Positions 12,408-22,310 of a stretch of DNA of 64,000 nucleotides are shown in pieces. Numbering within the stretch: the stretch's first letter is position 1; every line of letters begins with the position of its first letter. The position numbers and the translations under genes are program-made. The notes below the pieces were generated by a model. The model did no database searches and had not been told where the DNA came from. It was given only the letters and a program-made list of their open reading frames with translations. Source of the stretch: Podospora anserina (lineage: Eukaryota); assembly GCA_017654855.1 (NCBI GenBank), contig CM030333.1, forward strand, positions 4,092,001 through 4,156,000. The letters are read 5' to 3'.

Positions 12408-13748
12408 ATGCCACTCCTGAAAATGGCCACATCCACAGGAGGCAAGATCCTCGAAGGCGTCTTCGGAATCAACAAACCCATCGGCATCTCCTCCGCCCAG
12501 GTAATCCGCGACTGCCAAAACTTTTTCGACCCCTCCGCTCGCTTCGCCCCCGCCCTCGAGCAGGTCCGCGAGCAGCGCGACAAAGAGTCCAAGTACCAGC
12601 GCAACCGCCGCCGCCGGTTCCCCAACAAGGTCCAGACCAAAATCGGCCACGGCGGCACCCTCGACCCTCTAGCCGGCGGTGTCCTGATCCTCGGAGTCGG
12701 AAAAGGCACCAAGTCCCTTCAGCAATTCCTCCTCTGCACCAAGACCTACGAAACAGTTGTCGTCTTCGGCGCCAGCACCGATACCTACGACCGGCTGGGC
12801 AAGATCATCAAGAAGGGCGACTATTCCAACGTCACCCGCGATGCCGTCGAGAAAGCGCTGGAACCGTTCCGGGGGAAATACAGACAAATGCCGCCCTTGT
12901 ACTCCTCCCTCAAAATGAACGGCAAACCCCTCTACGAATACGCCCGCGAAGGCAAGCCGATCCCCCGTGAGATTGAAACTCGAGAAGTCGAAGTGTCCGA
13001 ACTCGAGCTGGTAGAATGGTACGAACCCGGCACGCACAAGCACTACTGGCCCGACGAGGAAGCCGGCCAGGCAGAAAAGGACGTCGCCCAGTCCGTCTGG
13101 CGCGTGGCCAAGGCGCAGGAGGACGGAGGGGAGGAATCAGCCGCCAAGATGGCCGCAGAGGAAGAGAGCAAAGCCCTCGAGGAGTTCAACTCCAAAAAGC
13201 GCGCCGCCGAGGAAGCAGTCGACGGCCTTGTCAGCGACGAGACGCGAGCCTCCAAGAGGGCAAAGAACGAGGAGGGAAACCCAGAAGACACCCTCATGTC
13301 GGGGGCTCTTGAAGTCAAAAAGGAGAAGCTGACCCAACCCCCCAAGGGAAGGGGCTCAGATCTTGTGCCTGTCAGACCAGATGACATGCCTGCCCCGTGG
13401 GAAGGCAAGGGCCCGCCGGCAGCCAAGATCCGCATGACGGTCACGTCTGGGTTTTACGTCCGGAGTTTGTGCCATGATCTCGGGGAGAAGTTGGGATGCG
13501 GGGCCATGATGGCGGAGCTGGTCCGTACCAGGCAGGGGCAGTTCACGCTTGGGGGGGCTAACTGTCTCGAGTATGACGATTTGCTTAGAGGGGAGGAGGT
13601 TTGGGGGCCACAGGTGGAGAGCATGCTTGACAAGTGGAACGCCCGGCCGGGAGAGATCCAGGAACCGACTGTTGAAAATGGGGGTATCAAGGTTGAGTCC
13701 GAGGCAGTGCCGGCGAGGGAGGAGGAGCCGGTTGCTGTTAGCGGTTAA
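12408..13748 (+). CDS. pus4: tRNA pseudouridine(55) synthase (TruB/Pus4), intronless
   Basis: Motifs GVFGINKPIGISS, KIGHGGTLDPLAGGVL, QMPPLYSSLKMNGKPLYEYAREG and VTSGFYVRSLCHDLG. First ATG is 12408; a second in-frame ATG is at 12423. Confidence 0.93.
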   Translation: MPLLKMATSTGGKILEGVFGINKPIGISSAQVIRDCQNFFDPSARFAPALEQVREQRDKESKYQRNRRRRFPNKVQTKIGHGGTLDPLAGGVLILGVGKGTKSLQQFLLCTKTYETVVVFGASTDTYDRLGKIIKKGDYSNVTRDAVEKALEPFRGKYRQMPPLYSSLKMNGKPLYEYAREGKPIPREIETREVEVSELELVEWYEPGTHKHYWPDEEAGQAEKDVAQSVWRVAKAQEDGGEESAAKMAAEEESKALEEFNSKKRAAEEAVDGLVSDETRASKRAKNEEGNPEDTLMSGALEVKKEKLTQPPKGRGSDLVPVRPDDMPAPWEGKGPPAAKIRMTVTSGFYVRSLCHDLGEKLGCGAMMAELVRTRQGQFTLGGANCLEYDDLLRGEEVWGPQVESMLDKWNARPGEIQEPTVENGGIKVESEAVPAREEEPVAVSG

Positions 13749-14338
13749 AAAGAATCTGATGGTGGATATAGGAAGTGATGAGACAAAATACAATACCCGG
13801 GCTGATGGAATTGCCCCCGTCCAACTAGTACATTTAAACAGACGTTGATATGCAGTGGGGAGCCCCCCCACTAACCACCCTTGTCGATCAAGAGCCGCAT
13901 TTCTTAGCTTCAGTCTGGGGTTGCCGGGATGTCTTGCTTTTGGAGGCTTGGCAAGGGTCCTTTTCATGCACGTCATTTTGTCGACGTCAAGAGTTGGGAT
14001 TTCTCATTCGAGAGGAAGGTTCAGTTCTAGACAACAGTGATATGCCAGGTCAGAAATGAATTATATTACTGACTATCCCAAAACTCCAGATGTCTGCCCC
14101 AATATGCCAAGTTATCCAAGATGACCATCCCAATCATCCCCAAACCTCCGTTAACCTTGGTAACATGTGTTTTCCCAAAGATAAATAACACCCGTTACCC
14201 TTCCATTCAGCATTAAAATCTTCCATCCTGTCTTCGACATGAGTCAACCGTTGAGTTCCTCCAACTTCAGTCTCCCATCTCATCGTCTTTCGTATTAAAA
14301 CCACCGCCCAACTCTCCCATCACTATCCTTCCATCCCC

Positions 14339-15352
14339 CTACGCCTCCCCCTCCCCCAGCACCCCCCTAACCCGTCCAATCCTCTCCACCCCCCTCTCCA
14401 GCACCTCCAACCGCCTCCTCCTCTCCCCCTCCCGTCCCAGCAACTCCCCAACCCTCTTCTCCAGCTCTGCCCTCGCCCTCCTCTCGCTCGCAACCATCTC
14501 ATTCGCCTGCTCAAACAAACTCACGCTCAGCTCCTCCACCTCCCTACTCGTCTGATTCAACCTCTTCTCCACCTCCACCCTCCTCGCCTGCTCCCTCCCC
14601 AACGCCGTCAGCAAATCCCCCGTCGTCATTTGCCCCGACTCTGGAGGAGTCGCCAGACTAGGAAGATTATAAAGCGTCGCAGAAGGCGGCACACTAGGTA
14701 TAGGTGAACGAGGCGAGACCGGAATCGAAGGCAAAGGCTTCAAATTACTCGTCGATTTCCTCGACGACAACAGCGCAGAGATCCTCGTTGCAGCGGCAGG
14801 AAGAAATGATGTTCTTGACGGCGAAGGAAGGGCCGATGTTACCGAACTAGGAGGGGTAGGCAAAGGGGAGCCTTCCTGAAGTAAGGTTTGTTTCTGCTGT
14901 TGGTGTTGTTGGGGTTGTTTCTGCGGTGAAGGGGACGAGGAGGATGTTGTTGGCGATGAGGAAGAAGCCGCCGACGGGGAGCTAGGAGTTGACGATCTCG
15001 ACTCTGATGACAACTGAGCGCGGAGCTTTGTCAGCTCGTCTTCGTAGTCGGCCCATCGGTCGACCGCTGCTGAGGCCTTTGCGTTGAGGAGTTTGATCTG
15101 GGATTGGAGCTCGGTGATTTGCTTCTGGGCGGAGAGGAGGGCGGCTTGGGTTTGCTGGTAGGCGGGGAGGGAGGGGAGGGAGAGGGGGGTGCCGCAGGTT
15201 GGGCAGCTGCGGCTTGTCGTCGCGGCGGTGCTGGTGCTGGGTGTGGTGTCGTCGGTGCCATCGCTGTCGATGTCTGCTGGCCCTGTTGCTGTTCGTGGCC
15301 TTGTCCCTGTTGTTTCTGGGGTTGTGGGTGTCATGACCTCGGTGGCGGTCAT
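14339..15352 (-). CDS. Coiled-coil protein with a Sec2p-type (Rab GDP/GTP exchange factor) domain
   Basis: 337-aa ATG-started ORF. It has a CPTC motif, a coiled coil (AQKQITELQSQIKLLNAKASAAVDRWADYEDEL) and the Sec2-like segment EVEELSVSLFEQANEMVASERRARAELEKRV. Confidence 0.75.
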   Translation of the reverse strand: MTATEVMTPTTPETTGTRPRTATGPADIDSDGTDDTTPSTSTAATTSRSCPTCGTPLSLPSLPAYQQTQAALLSAQKQITELQSQIKLLNAKASAAVDRWADYEDELTKLRAQLSSESRSSTPSSPSAASSSSPTTSSSSPSPQKQPQQHQQQKQTLLQEGSPLPTPPSSVTSALPSPSRTSFLPAAATRISALLSSRKSTSNLKPLPSIPVSPRSPIPSVPPSATLYNLPSLATPPESGQMTTGDLLTALGREQARRVEVEKRLNQTSREVEELSVSLFEQANEMVASERRARAELEKRVGELLGREGERRRRLEVLERGVERIGRVRGVLGEGEA

Positions 15353-16163
15353 GGTTGTGTATCACCGCGCGGGGGCCGTCGGTGTGTCGTCGCAAGTTGG
15401 GAGACTATCACGGAAGTTTGTTTCGTCGAAGTGTAAGGGTGTAGGTGGCAGGAGAGGCGACGTCGTCTTTGATGTTTGTTTGCCATGTGCTGGAATGAAA
15501 AAGAGGGCGGCTAGGCAATGGAAGGAAGCGTTGGTGGCTGCGTCTCGGCTTGGCATGCGAGGTTTGCAGGGATCCAGCGCTCCCCCCTCCACCAGGGCCA
15601 ACATCGTCATGGACATGCGCATTATAGATCGGCAACCAATCCGAGAAATCGTCGAGTGGAATTTTATGTCACTAACGCTGAGTAGCTGCAGGTACCGCTT
15701 CATCCCGTTCTATTCGCTATGGAACATCTCGTCCCGCGGGTTGCTTGGACATGGGCTTTCGTCCGTGTGCTCATGCAAAGTGAGCCCGCCATCCGCTTTG
15801 TTTCCCTTAAACCCCTCGGCAGTCTGCTGCCGTCCTCCACGATCAAAAGTGTAACATATTATGTAGACATTAATCTGAGATAAACAGATGCTTAGCTCTC
15901 GCTGGTCTTTGCTTGAACCAACCCGCTAGTGCTCTCTCGTATGTGGCGACTTTTGATTCAGATCCCAACATGTCTGATCAGATGGCTGAGGTTGCCCGTG
16001 GATGTGGTGAGCGAGGCTTACCCAGCCTCGTTCATACGGCCGGCCGGTCTTTGGCCTCGCATTTCGTCTTCAATGCCAGCCTTTTCAAACATCCGATCAC
16101 AATGGTCAATACGATCTCCAGATGTTTCTCATCCTTGCTCGACAGAGTGAGTCCCCCTCCTCT

Positions 16164-16877
16164 TCAATATGGCTTCGCAACCTTTCTCAACTCGGTCAAG
16201 CCGGTCTCCGGGTCCCGGTACTCCTTCCAACTGACAGGATGCATCGCATTGCCGGCTTCACTCGTGGCTAAAATAACACCCAGCTCATTACGAGCAGTGG
16301 AAAGATAATAGTTAGCCTGGTCACCCAGTGAGATCTGTTTACAATGTTAGCAAACTGTTTGATGTTTCAATGACCACACAAAAGCACATACCACTTCAGC
16401 CCTGACGATATCCCCCGGTCTGAAGCTCTCATAGATCTTGACCCTGTCCTTCTCTGTAGCCCTGACATCCTGCACACGGATCAAGCCCTGCCATTCAGCA
16501 TCCAGCACCGTGTCGCCGCACACCAGTATCGAAACAACAGCCTGCCTCGGTGTGATGCGAATCACTCTGCAGAGCACCACATTCCCTACCTCGGGCAGCA
16601 CCTCGCGCTTCTTTTGGCCGGCGTGGTCGGAGCCCGCGGACCGCGTGGGGACCGTCACCGAGATTGTGGGGAGCTCCGCAGGGGCCGGGGCTGGTGTGAT
16701 TTTTGTGAGCCGCTTCACTGGTCCTGGAGCTTTAGCAGGTTGAGCGATGTGTACTGTGCCCATGAGCGAAGCATGAACGTTGTGATTGTGAATGTGAGTC
16801 CCTGGCCCGGGCTGGTATCTGGATGTTGAACCCAAGAGCTGGCCTGGGATGGCCAAGGTGGGGTTTGATGTTGTCAT
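16164..16877 (-). CDS. csl4: Exosome complex component Csl4. Exons 16877-16392, 16334-16164
   Basis: S1-type domain with GLIRVQDVRATEKDRVKIYESFRPGDIVRAEV. After a GTATGT..CAG intron it continues ISLGDQANYYLSTARNELGV..ELRKVAKPY. Confidence 0.93.
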
Positions 16878-17433
16878 GATAGCGAGTGTCCTTATCGCCC
16901 TTCAACTCGCTTCTGTCGCAATGGAGGGGTTTTCAAAACAACTGCTTTGAAAAAACTCGATCGGAAAGTGCCGCCTGAGGTGTGGAAAATTCGATATGCC
17001 AGATGTGAGTGCCGTTGGTTTGAAAAAAAAGTGAGAGCTACCAAGTGATGAGAGCCTTGGCATATGTCGGGAATGCGATATCCGGATGGTTCGACAGGTT
17101 CTGTCAGCGTGAGTTGGAGGCCGAAAAAAGATGCAATCCTGCTTGCCAAGCCGATTCTGCCAGCGCAAGGGTCCTGTGGGTCTTTATCTCTGCGTATCCG
17201 TTGGTCCAGCTCATCTGATAACTCCACAGGAGCTCGAGCTAAACCCCGGTCTAGCCCGCTCACCGCCCACTCTGAGCCAGCGCAACGGTAAAGGGGAAGT
17301 GATGTGCGAGGTGCGCGACAGCTCGCGCTTTTGAATTTCCTATACAATTAGTGGGCTCAATTCCTCTTTTTCTTCCTTTCTCTCTTTCCCCTCCATCCCT
17401 CTCCTCCTTGCCTTTGTATCTCCAAACATCACA

Positions 17434-18222
17434 ATGGCACCAAAATCCTCTTCCCCGGCCAAGAAGGCCACCGCCTGTGCTTGCAGCCACAAGAGCTGCT
17501 GCAGCAGTCTCACCACCTTCTTCAAGTGGTTCGCCATCCTCTTCGCCGTCCTCGCTCCCATCTTCTACGTCCTCGACCAAAACGTCGACAAGTTCTACGT
17601 CTTCAACCTCCCCCAGCTCGATGCCGTCACCAAGGCCGCCATCAACGCCCACCCCGGCGACACCAAGGCCATGGTCAAGTACATCGTCGACGAGCTCAAG
17701 GCCGACGTGACCGTCAGCCGCTACGTCAACACCGATGAGCAGTGGGTATTCAACAACGCCGGCGGCGCCATGGGAGCCATGTACATCATCCATGCCAGTA
17801 AGTCTATTTGCTTTTCCATCTCCCCAATATTGCATAACCTAACATTAAACCCCCCAGGTTTCACCGAATACCTCATCATCTTCGGCACCGCCATCGGCAC
17901 AGAAGGCCACACGGGCCGCCACACCGCCGACGACTACTTCCACATCCTCACCGGCACCCAAACCGCCTACGTCCCCGGCGAGTACGAGCCCGAGGTCTAC
18001 CCCCCGGGAACCATCCACCACCTCCGCCGCGGCGACGTCAAGCAGTACCGCATGCCCGAGTCCTGCTTCGCCCTCGAGTACGCGCGCGGGTGGATCCCCC
18101 CCATGCTCTTTTTCGGCTTCGCCGACGGTCTCTCCAGCACGCTGGACTTCCCCACCTTGTGGAGGACGACGTATCTTACTGCTGAGCAGATGTTGGGGAA
18201 TCTTGTCAAGGGCAAGTTTTAA
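17434..18222 (+). CDS. erg2: C-8 sterol isomerase (ERG2/sigma-1 receptor family). Exons 17434-17797, 17858-18222
   Basis: N-terminal TM helix, then WVFNNAGGAMGAMYIIHAS|FTEYLIIFGTAIGTEGHTGRHTADDYF and LEYARGWIPPML. The 60-nt intron has GTAAGT, CTAAC and CAG. Confidence 0.95.
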   Translation: MAPKSSSPAKKATACACSHKSCCSSLTTFFKWFAILFAVLAPIFYVLDQNVDKFYVFNLPQLDAVTKAAINAHPGDTKAMVKYIVDELKADVTVSRYVNTDEQWVFNNAGGAMGAMYIIHASKSICFSISPILHNLTLNPPGFTEYLIIFGTAIGTEGHTGRHTADDYFHILTGTQTAYVPGEYEPEVYPPGTIHHLRRGDVKQYRMPESCFALEYARGWIPPMLFFGFADGLSSTLDFPTLWRTTYLTAEQMLGNLVKGKF

Positions 18223-19464
18223 GGGGATTGTGAGAAAGGGATAGAGGGGGGGGGTGTGTATATAAAATCTTTTTCTTGTACTAGTACGATATTATATTAG
18301 ACAAAAGAAGGAAGGGGGATTATATGACTGGGTACATAATGGATTGGATTGGGTTGGAACGCGGCATGGGATAAATGCCAGTGGTCAATTCGATGGGTTC
18401 AAAAATGGAATAATATGAATAATTCATCTAAGAGTTCTTATGCTGGGACAGTTAAAAAAAAAAGTTTAAATGCACCCACCGCAGCCACTGATGAACGCTG
18501 GATATCTTTGGTGGGTTAGGGTTGGGCATTCACATCTCACTTGCTCAAACTTACCAATCTAAGCTTTCCACATTCTTTTGGTCAGTCTGTCAGATGTTCA
18601 CTTTGCCTATCGAGCGAGTAGTTATCGAAAGTCAGAGTGACTCGGTGCTAGTATTGATGCTGATAACAAAGTCTGATATTTATTGACATGAGAAACTCGG
18701 CCTATCTTACTTGCTTCAGCTTTTTTTCATCTCTTCACATGTGACAATAATCATGTTGCTTTATCACTATACATCATCGGAGCGTTAAGCCCCCCGGCCG
18801 CAAAAAGGTCAAGACCCGGAAAAAAAAGAATATTGAGGTTCGTGGGAGGGAGCGGTTAGAGAGTATGGAAAGGTCAAGTAAGTCCCTGCTCTATGAGAAC
18901 GTGTGATAACGAATCCTGGTCTTCGGTGAATTGCGTTGCGAGTTCTTGACTTGCAGCTTCCCCAATACCTATCACAGGGCTTTTTCATCTTATATATAGT
19001 TTTCATGAAATTGACTCTCATTCCCATTGACCTGCCGACTTGCATGCACCCTTATCCATGATATCCCAACGAACAACTCAACACCATCACACACTCACTC
19101 ACTCACTCACTCTCCCGATCTAAAAACCAAAAAAATACAGATGGCTCGACTCTGTTCCTATTCCTACCCCCATTTTCAAATTATTTAAAATTATTTATCG
19201 TATGACGCGCCTGAAAATGGGGGTAGGAGATATATATATATACACGGAAAAGAACAAAATGTCGTGTTGAGTAGTTTTGCTCGCTTTACTTTTAGATGAA
19301 CCATCCCCCCTCCCATCCCAAACTTTTGATAGCCCATTCATTCATTTGCCCTTTCAAGCCATTCACCCATCCTTTCATCCCCATGATTTTGAACTCGACA
19401 AAAAACTCCAAAAAAAAAGGAGCATCCCATATATCCCTCCCCCTCAATCCAACTTCATTTGGTA

Positions 19465-19467
<3 letters not shown>

Positions 19468-19503
<36 letters not shown>
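19468..19503. repeat. (GAT)12 microsatellite downstream of nmr
   Basis: Perfect trinucleotide run. Confidence 0.97.
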
Positions 19504-19504
<1 letters not shown>

Positions 19505-19978
19505 TGAAAAAATTTAGAAAAATGAAATAAAAAAAACGCCTATATAAACACACACATATGAGATGTGGGATAAAAAAAGACAAAAATGAAAACCCGCCAT
19601 CATCGTTACATGACTCTGGTCGTTTCCATCCCGTGAAATAACAAAAGGGGAAAGAGAAACAAGATGTCTTCACCCATCCCATCTGGATCCAACCAAATCC
19701 CAATCGTCGATTTGCTTTTTGCTTTTGATAAAAAACTTCGCCCCCCGCTCAAGACCATACTCATTGACTCGCTTTCGCGCGCCCGCCATGACGACAACAG
19801 AAAATGCTGATAGGAGAGCAGTTCCTCCAAAAAAACCCCCCAAAAAAATCCGGTTTTTTTTGTGGCCGCAGTCGCTAATCTCTCCGTCCGACCAAGAAAA
19901 AAGATACGGAAAAGCTCCACATCGAAAAGCTTAAACAACCCCCCCTCCCAAAAATAGAACAGAGCCGTTTTGCGCCCC

Positions 19979-21499
19979 CTATGCAAGCCACCCTTCATCC
20001 TCCCGCTTGGGACCTCGCATCACCAGACCCTCATCCTCGTCGTCATCATCCTCATCTTCATAGTCGTGCCTGTCTCCATTTTGGTGTTGGTGGTGGTGAT
20101 ACTCCCCATTTCTCGGAACCGACCCGTTTTGTTGTTGGTGGTGATTATGGTCCCCGTTTGCGTGTCCCTCTTCTGGCTGGTGATTACTGCCGCTCTTGAC
20201 GCCATAATCGTTACCGTTGCCATTGTTCTCCGGCTCCGTCTCGCCTTCGTCCTCCTCTTCCAGCATCCACGTCAAACCATTCGCGTGCTCCTCCAGAGGG
20301 AAAACCTCGCGCGCATACTCCTCCAGCCCTCGTGGTCCTTCCCAGAGCTCCAGGGCAGTCTTGGGGCAGTCGTTCTCCAGCTCGAGGTCGCCAAAGTAAG
20401 GGGGCTGCTTCTTCGGGTCGTCACCTCCAAGGGTGAACAACGTCTCCAGAGCCTCCAGCTGGCAGCGATAACCCTCGGGAATCGGCACCGTGACCTCAAT
20501 CGGGCCCTGGACATAGCGCACCGGCCGACCGACCCCCTTCGCAAAGTGGCGGCACGCCTCCCTGGGAGTGAGCATCTCGTAGGCGAGAGCGATGCGCTTG
20601 CCACCGCCCCATTTCTTCACACCGTCCTTGAAGATCTGAAGGACGGCTGGCCCCACGTCATGTTCTGCATCAAGCCAAGGAAGCTTGGCGTCGGGGTGAA
20701 AAGGGGCCTGCCAGACAAAGGAGCCGTCTTTTTGCAGGGCGGTGCAAAACAGAGGGTACGGAAGAGATGTGAAGTTGTTGTTATATATACCCGTGTAAAC
20801 AAACGTTGCTGGCAACCCGATTTTCCTAACATATTCCTCGACCTGGTGCTTCGAAGACCAAAGTGGCAGCGATGGCCAGTCTGGGTTATAAGTGTTGTGA
20901 TCCGGCATGGATGAATAAACATAATGCTGAATGCCTGCCGCCTTTGCTGCGTCGGCGAGAGCCTCGCCGATGAGGTTCTCATCGCCATAAAATGTGGTGT
21001 TGATAAAGGCCAGCTGGGTACCCCGGAAGAGCTCCTTGATCAGGTTGTGATTGACGCCGATGCCGGAGATAGGACCGTTCTTAGATACGTCAATCTGTGC
21101 AGGCTCGCCGGGTTTGCTCTTCTCCTTTGTGTACAGCTCTCCAAGGAGGACCGTCACGTTGGGGTTGGTAGCCACTTCGGTAGCGATCACGCCCTCGAGA
21201 TTCCTCATCTGGGCTCGAACATGGTAGCCGACTGCTGTGGCAACCCGGATGAAGGAAGCAGCCTGTCTGCCGGCAGCATTGATAACGGCGATTGTCTTAT
21301 CAGGACCGGTCAGAAACCTTTTGGCCGGGCGGAAGGTCAAAGAATTATTCCTCGACATGAGGGGTGAGCCATCTGAGTAGGAGGACCTGGAGTGTTTGTG
21401 TCGCCTCTCGATTTCGGTTTGGGGGTGGGTGTTGATTCTGATTTCCCTGGGTGCCGGGGCCGGCCTGTAGGCAAGGTCTGAGTGTAGCTCGACCGTCAT
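19979..21499 (-). CDS. nmrA: Nitrogen metabolite repression regulator NmrA/NMR, intronless
   Basis: Motifs KTIAVINAAGRQAASFIRVATAVGYHVRAQ, HYVYSSMPDH, TFVYTGIYNNNFTSLPYPLF and LPWLDAEHDVGPA match NMR/NmrA as I recall them. First ATG is 21499 (MTVELHSD). Confidence 0.95.
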   Translation of the reverse strand: MTVELHSDLAYRPAPAPREIRINTHPQTEIERRHKHSRSSYSDGSPLMSRNNSLTFRPAKRFLTGPDKTIAVINAAGRQAASFIRVATAVGYHVRAQMRNLEGVIATEVATNPNVTVLLGELYTKEKSKPGEPAQIDVSKNGPISGIGVNHNLIKELFRGTQLAFINTTFYGDENLIGEALADAAKAAGIQHYVYSSMPDHNTYNPDWPSLPLWSSKHQVEEYVRKIGLPATFVYTGIYNNNFTSLPYPLFCTALQKDGSFVWQAPFHPDAKLPWLDAEHDVGPAVLQIFKDGVKKWGGGKRIALAYEMLTPREACRHFAKGVGRPVRYVQGPIEVTVPIPEGYRCQLEALETLFTLGGDDPKKQPPYFGDLELENDCPKTALELWEGPRGLEEYAREVFPLEEHANGLTWMLEEEDEGETEPENNGNGNDYGVKSGSNHQPEEGHANGDHNHHQQQNGSVPRNGEYHHHQHQNGDRHDYEDEDDDDEDEGLVMRGPKREDEGWLA

Positions 21500-21959
21500 G
21501 GTGAATCCTTTCTGTTGCGAAGATGATCTTGGGTGTAGATAGGGGTGGTGTATGTATGCGAACTTTTCGAGCAATCCGTTGGCTCCAGAAAAGAAAAGTC
21601 GGTTTTAACTGTTCAAGCTCCTCGATTTCTCTTTCTCTGAGTCTTGGAAGAAAGACGACGGCGGGTTGGGCGTCTCTGGCGCAGTGATTTCGGATGGAGT
21701 GCTATCGGTATCTCGCCAGTGATAAAGGACATCAGATTGACACAGCTAACTTTCACGGGCATGCGCCCCAAACGGCCCAGCAGCAGCGGTGTGTGCGGGA
21801 TGCGGCGCTTCAGGGAGGGTGCTTGAAAACGGTAAAGCTTCTGGTGCCTGGAAACAAGCAGGACTGTTGCGCAGACAGGAAAGGGTGGTTTTGTTGTGAT
21901 TTTTTCTCTCTCTCTCTCTTCTCTCTCTCTCTGACTGCAGAGAGACAACAGCTTGTGAA

Positions 21960-22310
21960 CCCTGACGGATAGGATAGCTTTGGTGCTGCGTCGCACACGA
22001 GGAACAGGTTGAGCTCGGCGTCGATGGCGTATTATTCTGGGCAGTGGTTATCTGTTAGTGGGGTTCTTCCCGATTGCGGGGCAAGCAGGGGCACTGATAA
22101 AAGATAAAAGAAGAGACAGGCAAGGCAGGGCAAGGCAGGGCAGGGCAGGGCAGCAGGACAACAGACCACAAGCAGGATGGAGGGCGGGAAGGCGAAGACG
22201 GAGGGTGTCACCCGAGAGGTAGATCAGAGAGAGAGAGGTATGGATGGGTCTCTGCTTATGCTTTTTTTTCTTATCCAGGGCTTGGAGATAGGATGACTCG
22301 GGAGATAACA
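21960..22310. promoter_or_regulatory. Cluster of GATA (HGATAR-like) elements upstream of nmr; candidate AreA/NIT2 sites
   Basis: TTATCT near 22048, tandem TGATAA/AGATAA near 22095-22107, AGATAG near 22286 and AGATAA near 22303, plus weaker GGATAG and TTATCC cores. Confidence 0.45.

Noticed and set aside
19970..20914. 314-aa plus-strand ORF
   Set aside because: Antisense shadow of nmr; no ATG-led domain or independent signature.
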